DNA from: Macrostomum lignano
Lineage: Eukaryota
Assembly (NCBI GenBank): GCA_002269645.1
Contig: NIVC01002153.1
Coordinates: forward strand, 124,001 to 188,000
Length of the DNA: 64,000 bases
Reading direction: 5' to 3'
In this document: positions 24,160-37,000 of the stretch, piece by piece
Layout of the letters: every line of letters starts with the position of its first letter
Position numbering within the stretch: the stretch's first letter is position 1
Made by a program: the position numbers and the translations under genes
The notes under the pieces: model-generated
What the model saw: only the letters and a program-made list of their open reading frames with translations
What the model was told of the DNA's origin: nothing
The model's database searches: none

Positions 24160-24884
24160 ATGTCTTCTATGCAGGGAGTTCTACTAATCACCGCACTGCT
24201 GGCTGGCTGCTTTGCCAACAGATTCGCACTCGGTGAGCTTGACATTGAACTGGATTCTTGATGCCATTTTACTGCGGAAATGATAATGACACCCGCACCC
24301 CAACTCTGCAGGCCTACCAGACCTGCCTGACAAGTTTTTCCGCTGCATCTGCAAGATCGAATCGAACTGCAACCCCAGCATTGGCTGCGTGAACGACCCC
24401 GTGACCCTGTCCTGCGGGCCGTACCAGATCAAGGAGGCTTACTGGCAGGATGCTTCGGAGTTTGCCGGGGAGCACATTGGTGGAGGTTGGTATAATTGGT
24501 CCAATTGGGTTAAGGCTTTTCACTGCTTTCAACTCTTCAAAAAACTTTCTCACTTCATAACTCTCAGGCTGGAAGACCTGTACCACAGGAGCCGACAACA
24601 TGAGCTGCTCAAAGAAGGTCATGCTCAACTATTTCCAAAGATACGGCAGGTACTGCACCGGTGGACGGGAGCCCACGATTGAAGTGAGAATTATTTGCAA
24701 TTTGATTGTCGTTGTGTACTACATGTAATTATTTAGATTATAGTTTATAGAAAACTGTGGAAATTGCAAAACTCGCCGTGTGCTTCAACAGGACTACGCC
24801 AGAATCCACAACGGAGGTCCGCACGGCTGCAGACACTCCAGCACGGATGGCTATTGGGCCAAAGTGTCCCGCTGCCTGGGCTGA
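24160..24884 (+). CDS. Invertebrate (i-type) lysozyme / destabilase, copy 2, 4 exons, 151 aa
   Basis: Exons 24160-24232, 24312-24485, 24568-24683, 24792-24884; same intron positions and phases as copy 1; CICKIESNC...SCGPYQIKEAYWQD...RIHNGGPHGC. Confidence 0.95.
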
Positions 24885-25157
24885 AGCACCACCGTTTACG
24901 ACTCTTTTTGAGCAAATAACTTTTTATTGATTTTCTGCGAATGAAGGGCGTTTTACTGATTTACCAGATTTTTTTTATTTGTCTGATTTTTAACCGAATG
25001 CGTCAATACCGCAAATTATTCGAATATATTCCAAAATTATGAAAATATCCAGCATATACATTGATTAACACTGCACAAACTCATTCTCTTGTATTTAAAC
25101 CATTTTAAGTAGCCAAAGAACTTTAAAACACTTTTAAGATTCATTTAAGCAAGGAAT

Positions 25158-25270
25158 TGGCCCCAGCAACTGAGGATCTGGGAGGCTGGCCCAGCAACTG
25201 AGGATCTGGGAGGCTGGCCCAGCAACTGAGGATCTGGGAGGCTGGCCCAGCAACTGACACTCTGGGAGAG
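25158..25270. repeat. 28-bp minisatellite GCTGGCCCAGCAACTGAGGATCTGGGAG
   Basis: About 4 copies downstream of lysozyme 2. Confidence 0.88.
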
Positions 25271-25854
25271 CCAGACCAGTTGCATTCAAAAGAACGAAGG
25301 CTGCAGGAACTCAAACAATTGGTTGCAGATTCGGATAGACTGTCGTGTATAATAGTATTTGTATGTAATAATAACTATAAGATATATTTATATAATAAGC
25401 TGAAACAGGAACGCAGCAGAGAGAGCAGCTGACAGGCGCCATCAACTGGGCTAGCAATATTACAATTTTGTGCAAAAAGAGACACGGTCAGAACAGAAAA
25501 ACGGTCAGCTGAAAACAGAAGCAGAGCATGACGGAAAGAAAATTAATATTTATTAAAAGCAAAACAGATTGCATTATCCAGTTGAATCGCATTTTCATTA
25601 CAATCTATGGATAGGGTTTACAGTAGTATATGAAGAATAATCCTATGCAAAACAAATAAAAAAAGAAACAGACAAAGCCTGCAGCAGCAATGTGGTGATT
25701 GATGGGGCTGTCTATTTTAAAACAATCATTGCTTCATCTTTGGCATGGCCCAGCAAACTTAATTACTGTGCGTTGCACTCGTGTGTATCTCAGTTTCTAA
25801 ATTCCCAGCTGAATGTTATTGACTAGTAATTACAATTGCATTTAGTAAGGCTCA

Positions 25855-26350
25855 TAAGGGGAATTACTCAGGTGTTGAGTATTAATGAGGGGAATTACTC
25901 AGGTGTTGAGAATTTACGAGGGGAATTACTCAGGTGTTGAGTATTAATGAGGGGAATTACTCAGGTGTTGAGAATTTACGAGGGGAATTACTCAGGTGTT
26001 AAGTATTAATGAGGGGAATTACTCAGGTGTTGAGTATTTACGAGGGGAATTACTCAGGTTTGAGAATTTACGAGGGGAATTACTCAGGTGTTGAGAATTT
26101 ACGAGGGGAATTACTCAGGTGTTGAGTATTAATGAGGGGAATTACTCAGGTGTTGAGTATTTACGAGGGGAATTACTCAGGTTTGAGAATTTACGAGGGG
26201 AATTACTCAGGTGTTGAGTATTTACGAGGGGAATTACTCAGGTTTGAGTATTTATGAGGGGAATTACTCAGGTTTGAGTATTTACGAGGGGAATTACTCA
26301 GGTTTGAGTATTTATGAGGGGAATTACTCAGGTGTTGAGTTACCATGAGG
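25855..26350. repeat. Minisatellite, 31/29-bp unit GAGGGGAATTACTCAGGTGTTGAGTATTAAT
   Basis: About 16 tandem copies. Confidence 0.93.
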
Positions 26351-27053
26351 GAAATATTATTGTAAAAATACAAATAAACTGATTTTATCTAATGTCAAAC
26401 CTTGCTAATAATTCCCCAATATACATATAGAGCCTACTGCAAGTACTATGCATCAAATAACAAACCAACCTTTATTATGTAGAGCAAGAACACTTCAGAA
26501 ATAGACTCGCCGCACAGACAAAAATTCCAATTTTATAATAATTAAAAAAACTAAATCTTTTAGACAATAACAGCAGACAGTTAAACACAGGTTAAATTCG
26601 ATTTGATATGAAAGCATACTAAATATACAAAATATAGTTACAACGAAAATAGAAATAAATAAACAATATGCGATATGATATGATAGACAAGAATTAATAG
26701 AAATGCAAAAAACAGACTTCCGCGGACTTCAAAGACCATTTTTAGTATATTGGATATCAATATCAAGTACGCTATTAACAGATATTAGAATTGTGACAAC
26801 ATTCAAGTAAATTATTAATAAACAGATTAATAATAATACAAAACACATACAAGCAAGTAATTATAGCAGACCAGACGTAAGGCAACTATTATATTGTAAT
26901 AATATTTTTTGAATAAAAAATGCAAAAACAATTGCTATAGTTAGCTATGCTACTACTATTGAGATTGTAAGTAGTTAAAGACAGACTTATCTGATTGAAT
27001 ATTTTGTTAGACATATTCGTTTCCGAATAGACAATAACGGAATGCAAAAATAA

Positions 27054-27126
27054 GAGACAGACAGACAGACAGACAGACAGAGAGACAGAGAGACAGACAG
27101 ACAGACAGACAGGCAGACAGACAGAC

Positions 27127-27165
<39 letters not shown>

Positions 27166-27182
27166 GGCAGACAGACAGACAA

Positions 27183-27229
<47 letters not shown>

Positions 27230-27336
27230 CAGACAGGCAGACAGACAGACAGACAGGCAGGCAGGCAGACAGGCAGGCAGACAGGCAGGCAGACAGACAG
27301 ACACAGACAGACAGACAGACAGACAGGCAGGCAGGC

Positions 27337-27412
<76 letters not shown>
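27054..27412. repeat. (CAGA)n/(CAGG)n microsatellite
   Basis: 4-bp periodicity. Confidence 0.97.
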
Positions 27413-27413
<1 letters not shown>

Positions 27414-28154
27414 CTAAGGGCAGTCGTAGCTCACTGGCCTGGTTGTTAATAAACTAATTAGCAAAACATTATAGGGGCCTTAAAATGATAAGGATACAAA
27501 GCGATAAAACAGGATAGATGGGATAAAAAAAATCGGAATGACTTGCCTGAAAGGAAAAAAATAATTGTAACATTGCAACAAGATAATGCAATAACAATAT
27601 CAAACATAACAAACAGTGATTGTTTCAGCGCAAAAAAACATTTCCTGGAAAAGGCATAACTACTCTTTTGTGTGCGCGTGTAGGTGGCTATTTGTAATAA
27701 ACGGACAACCGAAAAAAGCACATGCCTAGCTGCGAATGCGAATTATGCTACTTAAGTAGCTGTGGAATAAGTAGAGCAGTTGGAACATGAACAGAAAAAA
27801 TAACACAAGGAAATGATACACAGTAACAAAGCTCGAATGTTGAAATTAATCGCGCAGTTTAAAAGTACATGTACTATTAAAGTCCAACTTAAAAGTACAT
27901 GTACAAATAGAGTACAACTGAAACAAAGATACAGGCATTCAGAAAGTTTGTGCGGATGACAGACTTCAAATTTGTAGAAAATGTTTAAAGTGTGCGTAAG
28001 GAAACAGTAGATATATGATAATAATTATGACTATGAATGTAAGCGGAGGTGAGAGGTGTACAACATTGAAAATTATGATAGCAGCTGCAGTTTTCCTCAG
28101 TATCGACACATTCCTATGACAAGTTATGGTCCATTTATTTCCACTAGTTAGTCA

Positions 28155-28500
28155 GAACCCACTGGTGACTCATCCCTGACCCACTGTTGACTCATCCCTG
28201 ACCCACTGACTCATCCCTGACCCACTGGTGACTCATCCCTGACCCACTAGTCAGCCATTGACCCACTGGTGACTCATCCCTGACCCACTAGTCAGTCATT
28301 GACCCACTGGTGACTCATCCCTGACCCACTAGTCAGTCATTGACCCACTGGTGACTCATCCTTGATCCACTAGTCAGTCATGACCCACTGGTGACTCATC
28401 CCTGATCCACTAGTCAGTCATTGACCCACTGGTGACTCATCCCTGACCCACTAGTCAGTCATGACCCACTGGTGACTCATCCCTGACCCACTAGTCAGTC
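28155..28500. repeat. Minisatellite, ~41-bp unit GACCCACTGGTGACTCATCCCTGACCCACTAGTCAGTCATT
   Basis: Tandem copies directly after the stop codon of the minus-strand gene. Confidence 0.9.
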
Positions 28501-28506
28501 AGTCGG

Positions 28507-31500
28507 TCACTCGCCGGACCCAGCGGCGGCATTGGCTGCAGCGGCCGCGGCAGACACGGCGGTGGCAGCGGCGGCGGCCCGGCGAGCCCAGTCGCCAGCT
28601 CCTGGCGGTGGCGGCCTGCTGCTGACATAGTCGGCATCCCGCTGCACAGTCATAGTCTGGTACTTCTCCCGCTGGGCAGGCGTGGCGATGCGTTGGAAAT
28701 AGAAATCGTCAAGCAGCTGTTTGAGTTGTCGGGCCTCGCAGCTCTCCCAGGCCAGACTGCGGACCCGAACCTGCTTCCTGTCGTCGTCCTCATCCTCGGA
28801 GCTGACAAATTCGCGCTGCAGAAGCTCTTCGAGTTTGGCCGCCTCCTGAGTCTCCAAGGTGCGGGACAGGTAGCTGGCGGCTTTCTGGCGACGGCGGAGC
28901 TTCTGGTTTATCGGGGGTGAGTTGGGAGATGAGAGTGAACAGATACCTGTTGTATACTACTGACGCATGCGCTATTTAGTAATATAATATGGAAATCATC
29001 CATCCTGTTTTCAATTGCGCCCACCCTATTTCTAATCTCACCATTCTGTTTTCAATCGCACCCACCCTATCTCTAATCTCACCCCTCATGTTTTAAATCT
29101 AACCCTCTTGTTTTAAATCCCACCCATCATATATCTAATCTAATCACCTAGCCTATTTCTAATCTCACCCATTCTGTTTTTAATCTCACCCAACCTATTT
29201 CTAATCTCACCCACCATATCTCTAATCGCACCTAGCCTATTTCTAATCTCACACTCTTGTTTTAAATCTCACCCACTTTATCCGCAACCTCATCTACATA
29301 ATCTCTAATCTCACCATCCTGTTTTTAATCTCATTCAACCTATTTCTAATCTCACTCACCATATCTCTAATCGCACCTAGCCTATTTCTAATCTCACCCA
29401 CCCTATCCCTAATCTCACCTACCCTATCTCTAATCTCACCTACCCTATCTCTAATCTCACCATCCTATCTGTAGCAACACAAGCTACAAGAGTCAGCAGC
29501 AACACAAACCTTCATTCGCGAAGTGAACCGCCTAGCGCGCTCATTGCTGCCAATATCTTTCAGTCGGCGAAATATGTCTTTCATAGCGGCGAGAAAGGAG
29601 TCAGTAAGGCTCGCTTCTGCAACAAAAGGATAAAAATTAAGTATCTATTTTGTTAATTTAGCTACTAAAATAAGTTTAAAAGACGAATAAAAAGTCAAGC
29701 AACATCTCTCACCTCGTCCATCTCCATCGCAACAGCCCAGTCTGCCGATTGCGCGGCGAATAACTTTGCGAGTAATTTCCACATTCAAAGCGTGAGTGAA
29801 TGGCAGATTCAGTTTGAACAGATGCGGCCCGGTTCCTTTTAGCTCTTTGTAGCACTCGCGTAGCAGAGCCTAAACATATTTTACAATGCAAAGATAGGTA
29901 AAAACGGCCCTTTTAAGTACGCTCAAAACTTCAAAGTTCGAATCTACATGAGTTCGAATCTACATGAGTTCCAATCTATATGAGCTCGAATCTGCATGAG
30001 CTCGAATCTACATGAGCTCCAATCTGCATGAGCTCGAATCTACATGAGCTCCAATCTACATGAGTTTGAATCTATATGAGCTCGAATCTACATGAGTTCG
30101 AATCTACATGAGCTCGAATCTACATGAGCTCCAATCTACATGAGTTCGAATCTACATGAGCTCCAATCTACATGAGTTCGAATCTATATGAGTTCGAATC
30201 TACATGAGCTCGAATCTACATGAGCTCCAATCTACATGAGTTCGAATCTACATGAGCTCCAATCTACATGAGTTCGAATCTATATGAGTTCGAATCTACA
30301 TGAGTTCGAATCTATATGAGTTCGAATCTACATGAGTTCGAATCTACATGAGTTCGAATCTATATGAGTTCGAATCTACATGAGTTCGAATCTACATGAG
30401 TTCGAATCTATATGAGTTCGAATCTACATGAGTTCGAATCTACATGAGTTCGAATCTATATGAGTTCGAATCTACATGAGCTCGAATCTTCATGAGTTCG
30501 AATCTACATGAGCTCCAATCTACATGAGTTCGAATCTACATGAGCTCCAATCTACATGAACCCGAATCTACATGAGCTCGAATCTTCATCAGCATAAGAC
30601 TTCACACGTTCGAAGCCTTATTTTGTCGAAAACGTCTTACCAGAATCACATACGCTAGCTTAAAAAACTTACAACACAAATGCTTTCAAGTTCAACGCTT
30701 TAAGAAACATCGGGTCTTTCTTTATCAACTCACCCGAGACTCCGCCGGGTCCATCGGCAAGCCTGACTTGCCAGAACCGCCGCTTCCACTGCTGCCTCCG
30801 CCTCCACCGCCACCAGAAGCGACAACCTCCTCGCCAGCCACCGTCGGCATACTCAGAATCGAACCGAAGCATCTAACAGTCGAAGCACCGCTGCCCAGAT
30901 CTTCTTCGCTGTCGTCGGCTGCTCCTGCCGCTGGCAATTCGCCGACAATGGCATCTCCGGCGTCAACAACATCAGAGGGAGGCGGAGGCTGTGATGATGG
31001 AGACGACAGATCCAACTGACGCCGGGGCATGACAGTCAGCTGGATCTGACGCTGATGCTTCTTCTGACTGGTTGGTGGCTGCTGTTGCTGTTGAATCTTG
31101 ATCGGATGCTGGATATGCAGGAGCTCGTCAGCCGCCACTGCTAAGCAATTGTTAAGGCTCGAGTCTACGCCAACTGTGGATGAGTCATCTTCAACGCTAA
31201 GCTGCTCGTCATCAAGATGCTGAGCATCGGTGCTGGGCCTCTGCTGTTGCTGCTGTCGATGAGGCCGCTTTCTACAGCGTCGTTTAGCAATGGGAATGAT
31301 TGACGGCCGCGACTGAGGCGATGAGGCCACTGATGAGGCAGTAGCAGATTTGGTTGTAGCTGGCAGATTTGGAGACTGGCGCTGCTGATGAAGCTGATGA
31401 AGCTGAAGATGGTGAGATGGCAGCGGTACAGTGGAATCAGCACTGCTTGACGATGTTGTCGGAGCTGCAGCGGCTGCGGCAGCGGCGGCGGCTGCTGAGG

Positions 31501-31759
31501 CGGCAGTAGGACAGGGGCCATTGTGCATCTCGTAGAACTGGCACACTGTGTCTAGGGACGGCCGCATGGCTTCAACAGCGTGCAGGTAGACTTGGCCAAT
31601 GAGGCGCATGCAGGTGACCACGTCTTTCAGGGGCATGCGATCGATCAGCAGGGTGAGGTTGCTCAGGGTGCACTCGAACAGCGTTAGGGGCGGCAGCAGG
31701 TTGCTGGCGCCTGGGGCCAGGGAGGCCGGCAGGAGGGTCGGCAGTGCCTGGCAGGACAT
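28507..31759 (-). CDS. Paralogue A: 4-exon, 561-aa protein with C14orf93-like C-terminal domain
   Basis: Exons 31759-30734, 29869-29713, 29616-29510, 28902-28507 (phases 0,1,0; 1686 nt; all GT-AG). C-terminus ...KKLRRRQKA...EFVSSEDED...VRVRSLAWES...LLD...SSRPPP...W recalls the human C14orf93 motifs (KKLRSRR...ELMSDEED...WVARPPRFR...LD...PSDRLP), compared from memory. Confidence 0.82.
29030..29465. repeat. Degenerate ~22-bp intronic repeat TTTCTAATCTCACCCACCCTAT
   Basis: Imperfect tandem copies in intron 3 of paralogue A. Confidence 0.75.
29935..30590. repeat. Minisatellite, 16-bp unit GAGTTCGAATCTACAT
   Basis: About 40 copies in intron 1 of paralogue A. Confidence 0.95.
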
Positions 31760-31857
31760 TGCTGCTGCTGCTTGTTGCTGCTTTTAGGAGCCGGCTTCTG
31801 GGAGTTGCTGTTGCTGTGCAGAGCGAGTGGCGATCTGGAACTGCGGGAGGGGGGCAA

Positions 31858-32190
<333 letters not shown>

Positions 32191-32809
32191 CTAGCTCCGA
32201 AAGCAAAAAACATAAAAAGCAACGAGTTTCTATTACGTGACGTCACACAAACAAAGTATGCATTGTTATTAATTGCTGGATTGCTGAAGCTGACCAGCTG
32301 TGCTTCAAAAATACAACATGGCAAATGGTGACAGACATATGTAAACTGAAAGCAATAGAATTGAATTTCCTAGCAAATTATTGAAGTAATAAACGCAATG
32401 CGATCACTGGTTGAAGCAGAGGATGATCAATAATAGTGGTGCAAATGAAGTTTTAAAAAAAGAATTCTTCAGTCATTAAATATGTATAGGAGCTGATGCA
32501 AGTTTCATTTTATTAAAAATATAGTTATAAAATAGAATGCTGAGTCAACTACAAGAGTGAAGTTATCAACAGATGGAATTATTGCCCATTGGTGACCAAT
32601 TGAAATACCTGTTGAGTAACCGCCTCACATGCAAGTATTCTTATTTAAAAAAAAACAAAAGTTAGTGACGATGATTGAATTAGCAGATGAATTATTGAAC
32701 AGATTGCCGATTTTGTTGTTGTTTAATTACTTATTGCAACTGCTGCAAACTGAAATAGAGCTTCGTTGACCAGTGACTTGGACAAACTATGGAATAGGCG
32801 GGCATAGAC

Positions 32810-34025
32810 ACAGTGAGACAGACAGACAAAGCAGACGGACACATATACAGACAACAGGCAGAACAAACCAAAGACACAACAGACAGACCTAACAGAAAGA
32901 CAGACACAGGGACGGACACAAAAACAGACAAAGCAGACAGACACAGCAGACAGACAGACACAGGGACGGACACAAAAACAGACAAAGCAGACAGACACAG
33001 CAGACAGACAGACAGCAGACAGACACAGCAGACAGACAAGCAGACAGACACAGCAGACAGACAAGCAGACAGACACAGCAGACAGACAAGGAGACAGACA
33101 CAGAGACAGACACGCAGACAGATACAGCAGACAGACACAGCAGACAGACGCAGCAGACAGACAAGCAGACACACAGCAGACAGACACAGCAGACAGACAC
33201 AGCAGACAGACAAGCAGACAGACAGCAGACAGACACACAGCAGACAGACACAGCAGACAGACAAGCAGACAGACAGACACAGGGACGGACACAAAAACAG
33301 ACAAAGCAGACAGACACAGCAGACAGACAGACACAGACAGACACGCAGCAGACAGACACAGCAGACAGACAAGCAGACAGACAGCAGACAGACACACAGC
33401 AGACAGACACAGCAGACAGATAAGCAGACAGACACAGCAGACAGACAAGCAGACAGACAAGGAGACAGACACAGCAGACAGACAAGCAGACAGACACAGC
33501 AGACAGACAAGCAGACAGACAGCAGACAGACACACAGCAGACAGACACAGCAGACAGACAAGCAGACAGACACAGCAGACAGACAGCAGACAGACACACA
33601 GCAGACAGACACAGCAGACAGACAAGCAGACAGACACAGCAGACAGACAAGCAGACAGACACAGCAGACAGACACAGCAGACAGACAAGGAGACAGACAA
33701 GGAGACAGACAAGGAGACAGACACAGCAGACAGACAAGCAGACAGACAAGGAGACAGACACAGCAGACAGACAAGCAGACAGACAAGGAGACAGACAAGG
33801 AGACAGACAAGGAGACAGACAAGGAGACAGACACAGCAGACAGACAAGGTGACAGACACAGCAGACAGACAAGGAGACAGACAATGAGACAGACACAGCA
33901 GACAGACAAGGAGACAGACACAGCAGACAGACAAGGAGACAGACACGCAGACAGATACAGCAGACAGACACAGCAGACAGACAAGCAGACAGAGAGACAG
34001 CAGACAGACACAGCTCAGACAGACA
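32810..34025. repeat. CAGA-derived composite satellite (CAGCAGACAGACA / CAAGGAGACAGA)
   Basis: Begins just past the paralogue B stop codon; source of the VCLL ORFs. Confidence 0.93.
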
Positions 34026-34064
34026 GGAAACCAGAGAAAGAAGCGATGAGTTCACAGTGCCTCT

Positions 34065-37000
34065 CTACATCCGCTTAGCCCAGCCGGGACATTCGCTAGG
34101 CGGAGGTCGGGAGCTGCGGCAGGCGGGGTCCCGCCTCAGCCGGGTCATCTCGCCGCGCTGTTTCTCGTCAGCTAGGTTGTCGTGGAACAGTTGGTCAAGC
34201 CGGTGTTTCATGTCGCGCAGTTCGTCAGACTCCCATGGGAGCTGTTTGACTCGCATCTCGCTGTCTAAATCGGCGCCGCACTCTTCATCTGAGGAGGTGA
34301 AGTCGCGGTTTAGTACAGATTCGTAGCGCTCTCGGGCGGCTGAGTCCAGAGTGGGCTTCAGGCTGTCGAAGGCTTTCTGGCGGCGGTTGAGCTTCTGCCA
34401 GGGTGTTGGGGCGTTGGGATGGGGATTGAGTCACGACAGACATGCATGAAGTGACCCTGAAGCTTATTAATCCTCATCCTGAAGTGACCCTGAAGTCTAT
34501 TGCTCCTCATCCTGAAGTGACCCTGAAGCTTATTAATACTCACCCTGAAATGACCCTGAAGTCTATTGATACTCATCCTGAAGTGACCCTGAAGCTTATT
34601 AATACTCATCCTGAGGGGACCCTGAAGACTAATACTCATCCTGAGGGGACCCTGAAGACTAATACTCATCCTGAAATGACCCTGAAGTCTATTAATACTC
34701 ATCCTGAAGTGACCCTGAAGCTATATCTATTCTGAATTATCTTCTGCTTTTGATTCTTTTTTATAGGCAGTTAATTGAAATATCCTGCTTTTAAAAATTC
34801 CTGAACTAATGATAAACACTTGTGATAAGGAATTCCGAAGAAGTATTATAAAGAATACCTGCTTGCAATTGCTGTCTGCTTTTGTATATCAAAACCTTAA
34901 CTACAGAATTGTAACAACATAAGTGGAGACAAAAGACTGAAAGCAACTCAGAGATGGTAGACAGAAGACTGAAAGCAACTCAGAGATGGGAGACAGAAGA
35001 CTGAAAGCAACTCAGAGATGGTAGACAGAAGACTGAAAGCAACTCAGAGATGGTAGACAGAAGACTGAAAGCAACTCAGAGATGGGAGACAGAAGACTGA
35101 AAGCAACTCAGAGATGGGAGACAGAAGACTGAAAGCAACTCAGAGATGGGAGACAGAAAGAAGACTGAAAGCAACTCAGAGATGGGAGACAGAAAGAAGA
35201 CTGAAAGCAACTCAGAGATGGTAGACAGAAGACTGAAAGCAACTCAGAGATGGGAGACAGAAGACTGAAAGCAACTCAGAGATGGGAGACAGAAAGAAGA
35301 CTGAAAGCAACTCAGAGATGGGAGACAGAAAGAAGACTGAAAGCAACTCAGAGATGGGAGACAGAAGACTGAAAGCAACTCAGAGATGGGAGACAGAAGA
35401 CTGAAAGCAACTCAGAGATGGGAGACAAAAGACTGAAAGCAACTCAGAGATGGGAGACAGAAAGAAGACTGAAAGCAACTCAGAGATGGGAGACAGAAAG
35501 AAGACTGAAAGCAACTCAGAGATGGTAGACAAAAGACTGAAAGCAACTCAGAGATGGGAGACAGAAGACTGAAAGCAACTCAGAGATGGGAGACAGAAAG
35601 AAGACTGAAAGCAACTCAGAGATGGTAGACAAAAGACTGAAAGCAACTCAGAGATGGGAGACAAAAGACTGAAAGCAACTCAGAGATGGGAGACAGAAAG
35701 AAGACTGAAAGCAACTCAGAGATGGTAGACAAAAGACTGAAAGCAACTCAGAGATGGGAGACAGAAGACTGAAAGCAACTCAGAGATTCTATTCTAACCT
35801 AAAACAGGAAATGTCAATAACTTATCCATATGGTTCAACAAAGACAAAAGCAGAAACACTTGATCTTAAATTCGAAATTCGAAATAATTAGACAACATAA
35901 TAAAAAACAGATGGTATGAGCCACATCCCAGTGGGAGTTTAGAAACACCATTTAGTCCAGTCAAGGTGTGAAGTCACACGTGACAAAGGCAATTAGCAAG
36001 ACGTATAAATTGTGCAAATCGAGTCAACCCAACAGCAGGGGACAGAGGGGCGTATGGGGTACGTCGCAGTCACAAACACCTGGATGAAGGACGCTGGGAA
36101 ACTGCCTCAATGGACCAAATCGCGAATTAAAAACTTCCCGGACTAAAGACTTCAACGCTTGACTGAAGTTAAATAAATTTTATAATCAAGCTATCAGCTT
36201 GGCCTGTAAATGCTAAATAAGGTGGGTTATTAAGGGAGGCTCTCACAGCCATATAATCGTACCGGGTACTATATATTGTAGACATTTATATACAGCCTGA
36301 GATAGACACATGATACAGACTGAGACACAGGAATGACAGACTGAGACACAGGAATGACAGACTGAGACACATGAATAAGAGAATGAGACCCATGAATAAG
36401 AGACTGAGACACATGAATGACAGACTGAGACACAGGAATGACAGACTGAGACACATGAATGACAGACTGAGACACATGATAGAGACTGACACACAGGGAT
36501 GACAGACTGAGGCACATGATAGAGACTGAGACACATGAATGACAGACTGAGACACATGATAGAGACTGAGACATATGAATGACAGACTGAGACACAGGAA
36601 TGACAGACTGAGACACAGGAATGACAGACTGAGACACATGAATGACAGACTGAGACACAGTAATGACAGACTGAGACACAGGAATGACAGACTGAGACAC
36701 AGGAATGACAGACTGAGACACATGAATAAGAGAATGAGACACATGAATGACAGACTGAGACACAGGAATGACAGACTGAGACACAGTAATGACAGACTGA
36801 GACACAGGAATGACAGACTGAGACACAGTAATGACAGACTGAGACACAGGAATGACAGACTGAGACACATGAATGAGAGAATGAGACACAGTAATGACAG
36901 ACTGAGACACAGGAATGACAGACTGAGACACATGAATGACAGACTGAGACACATGAATGAGAGAATGAGATACATGAATGACAGACTGAGACACATGAAT

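Noticed and set aside
36075-36125. Hammerhead-ribozyme-like CTGGATGA...GAAAC
   Set aside because: Core has an extra G and I could not build stems I-III convincingly.
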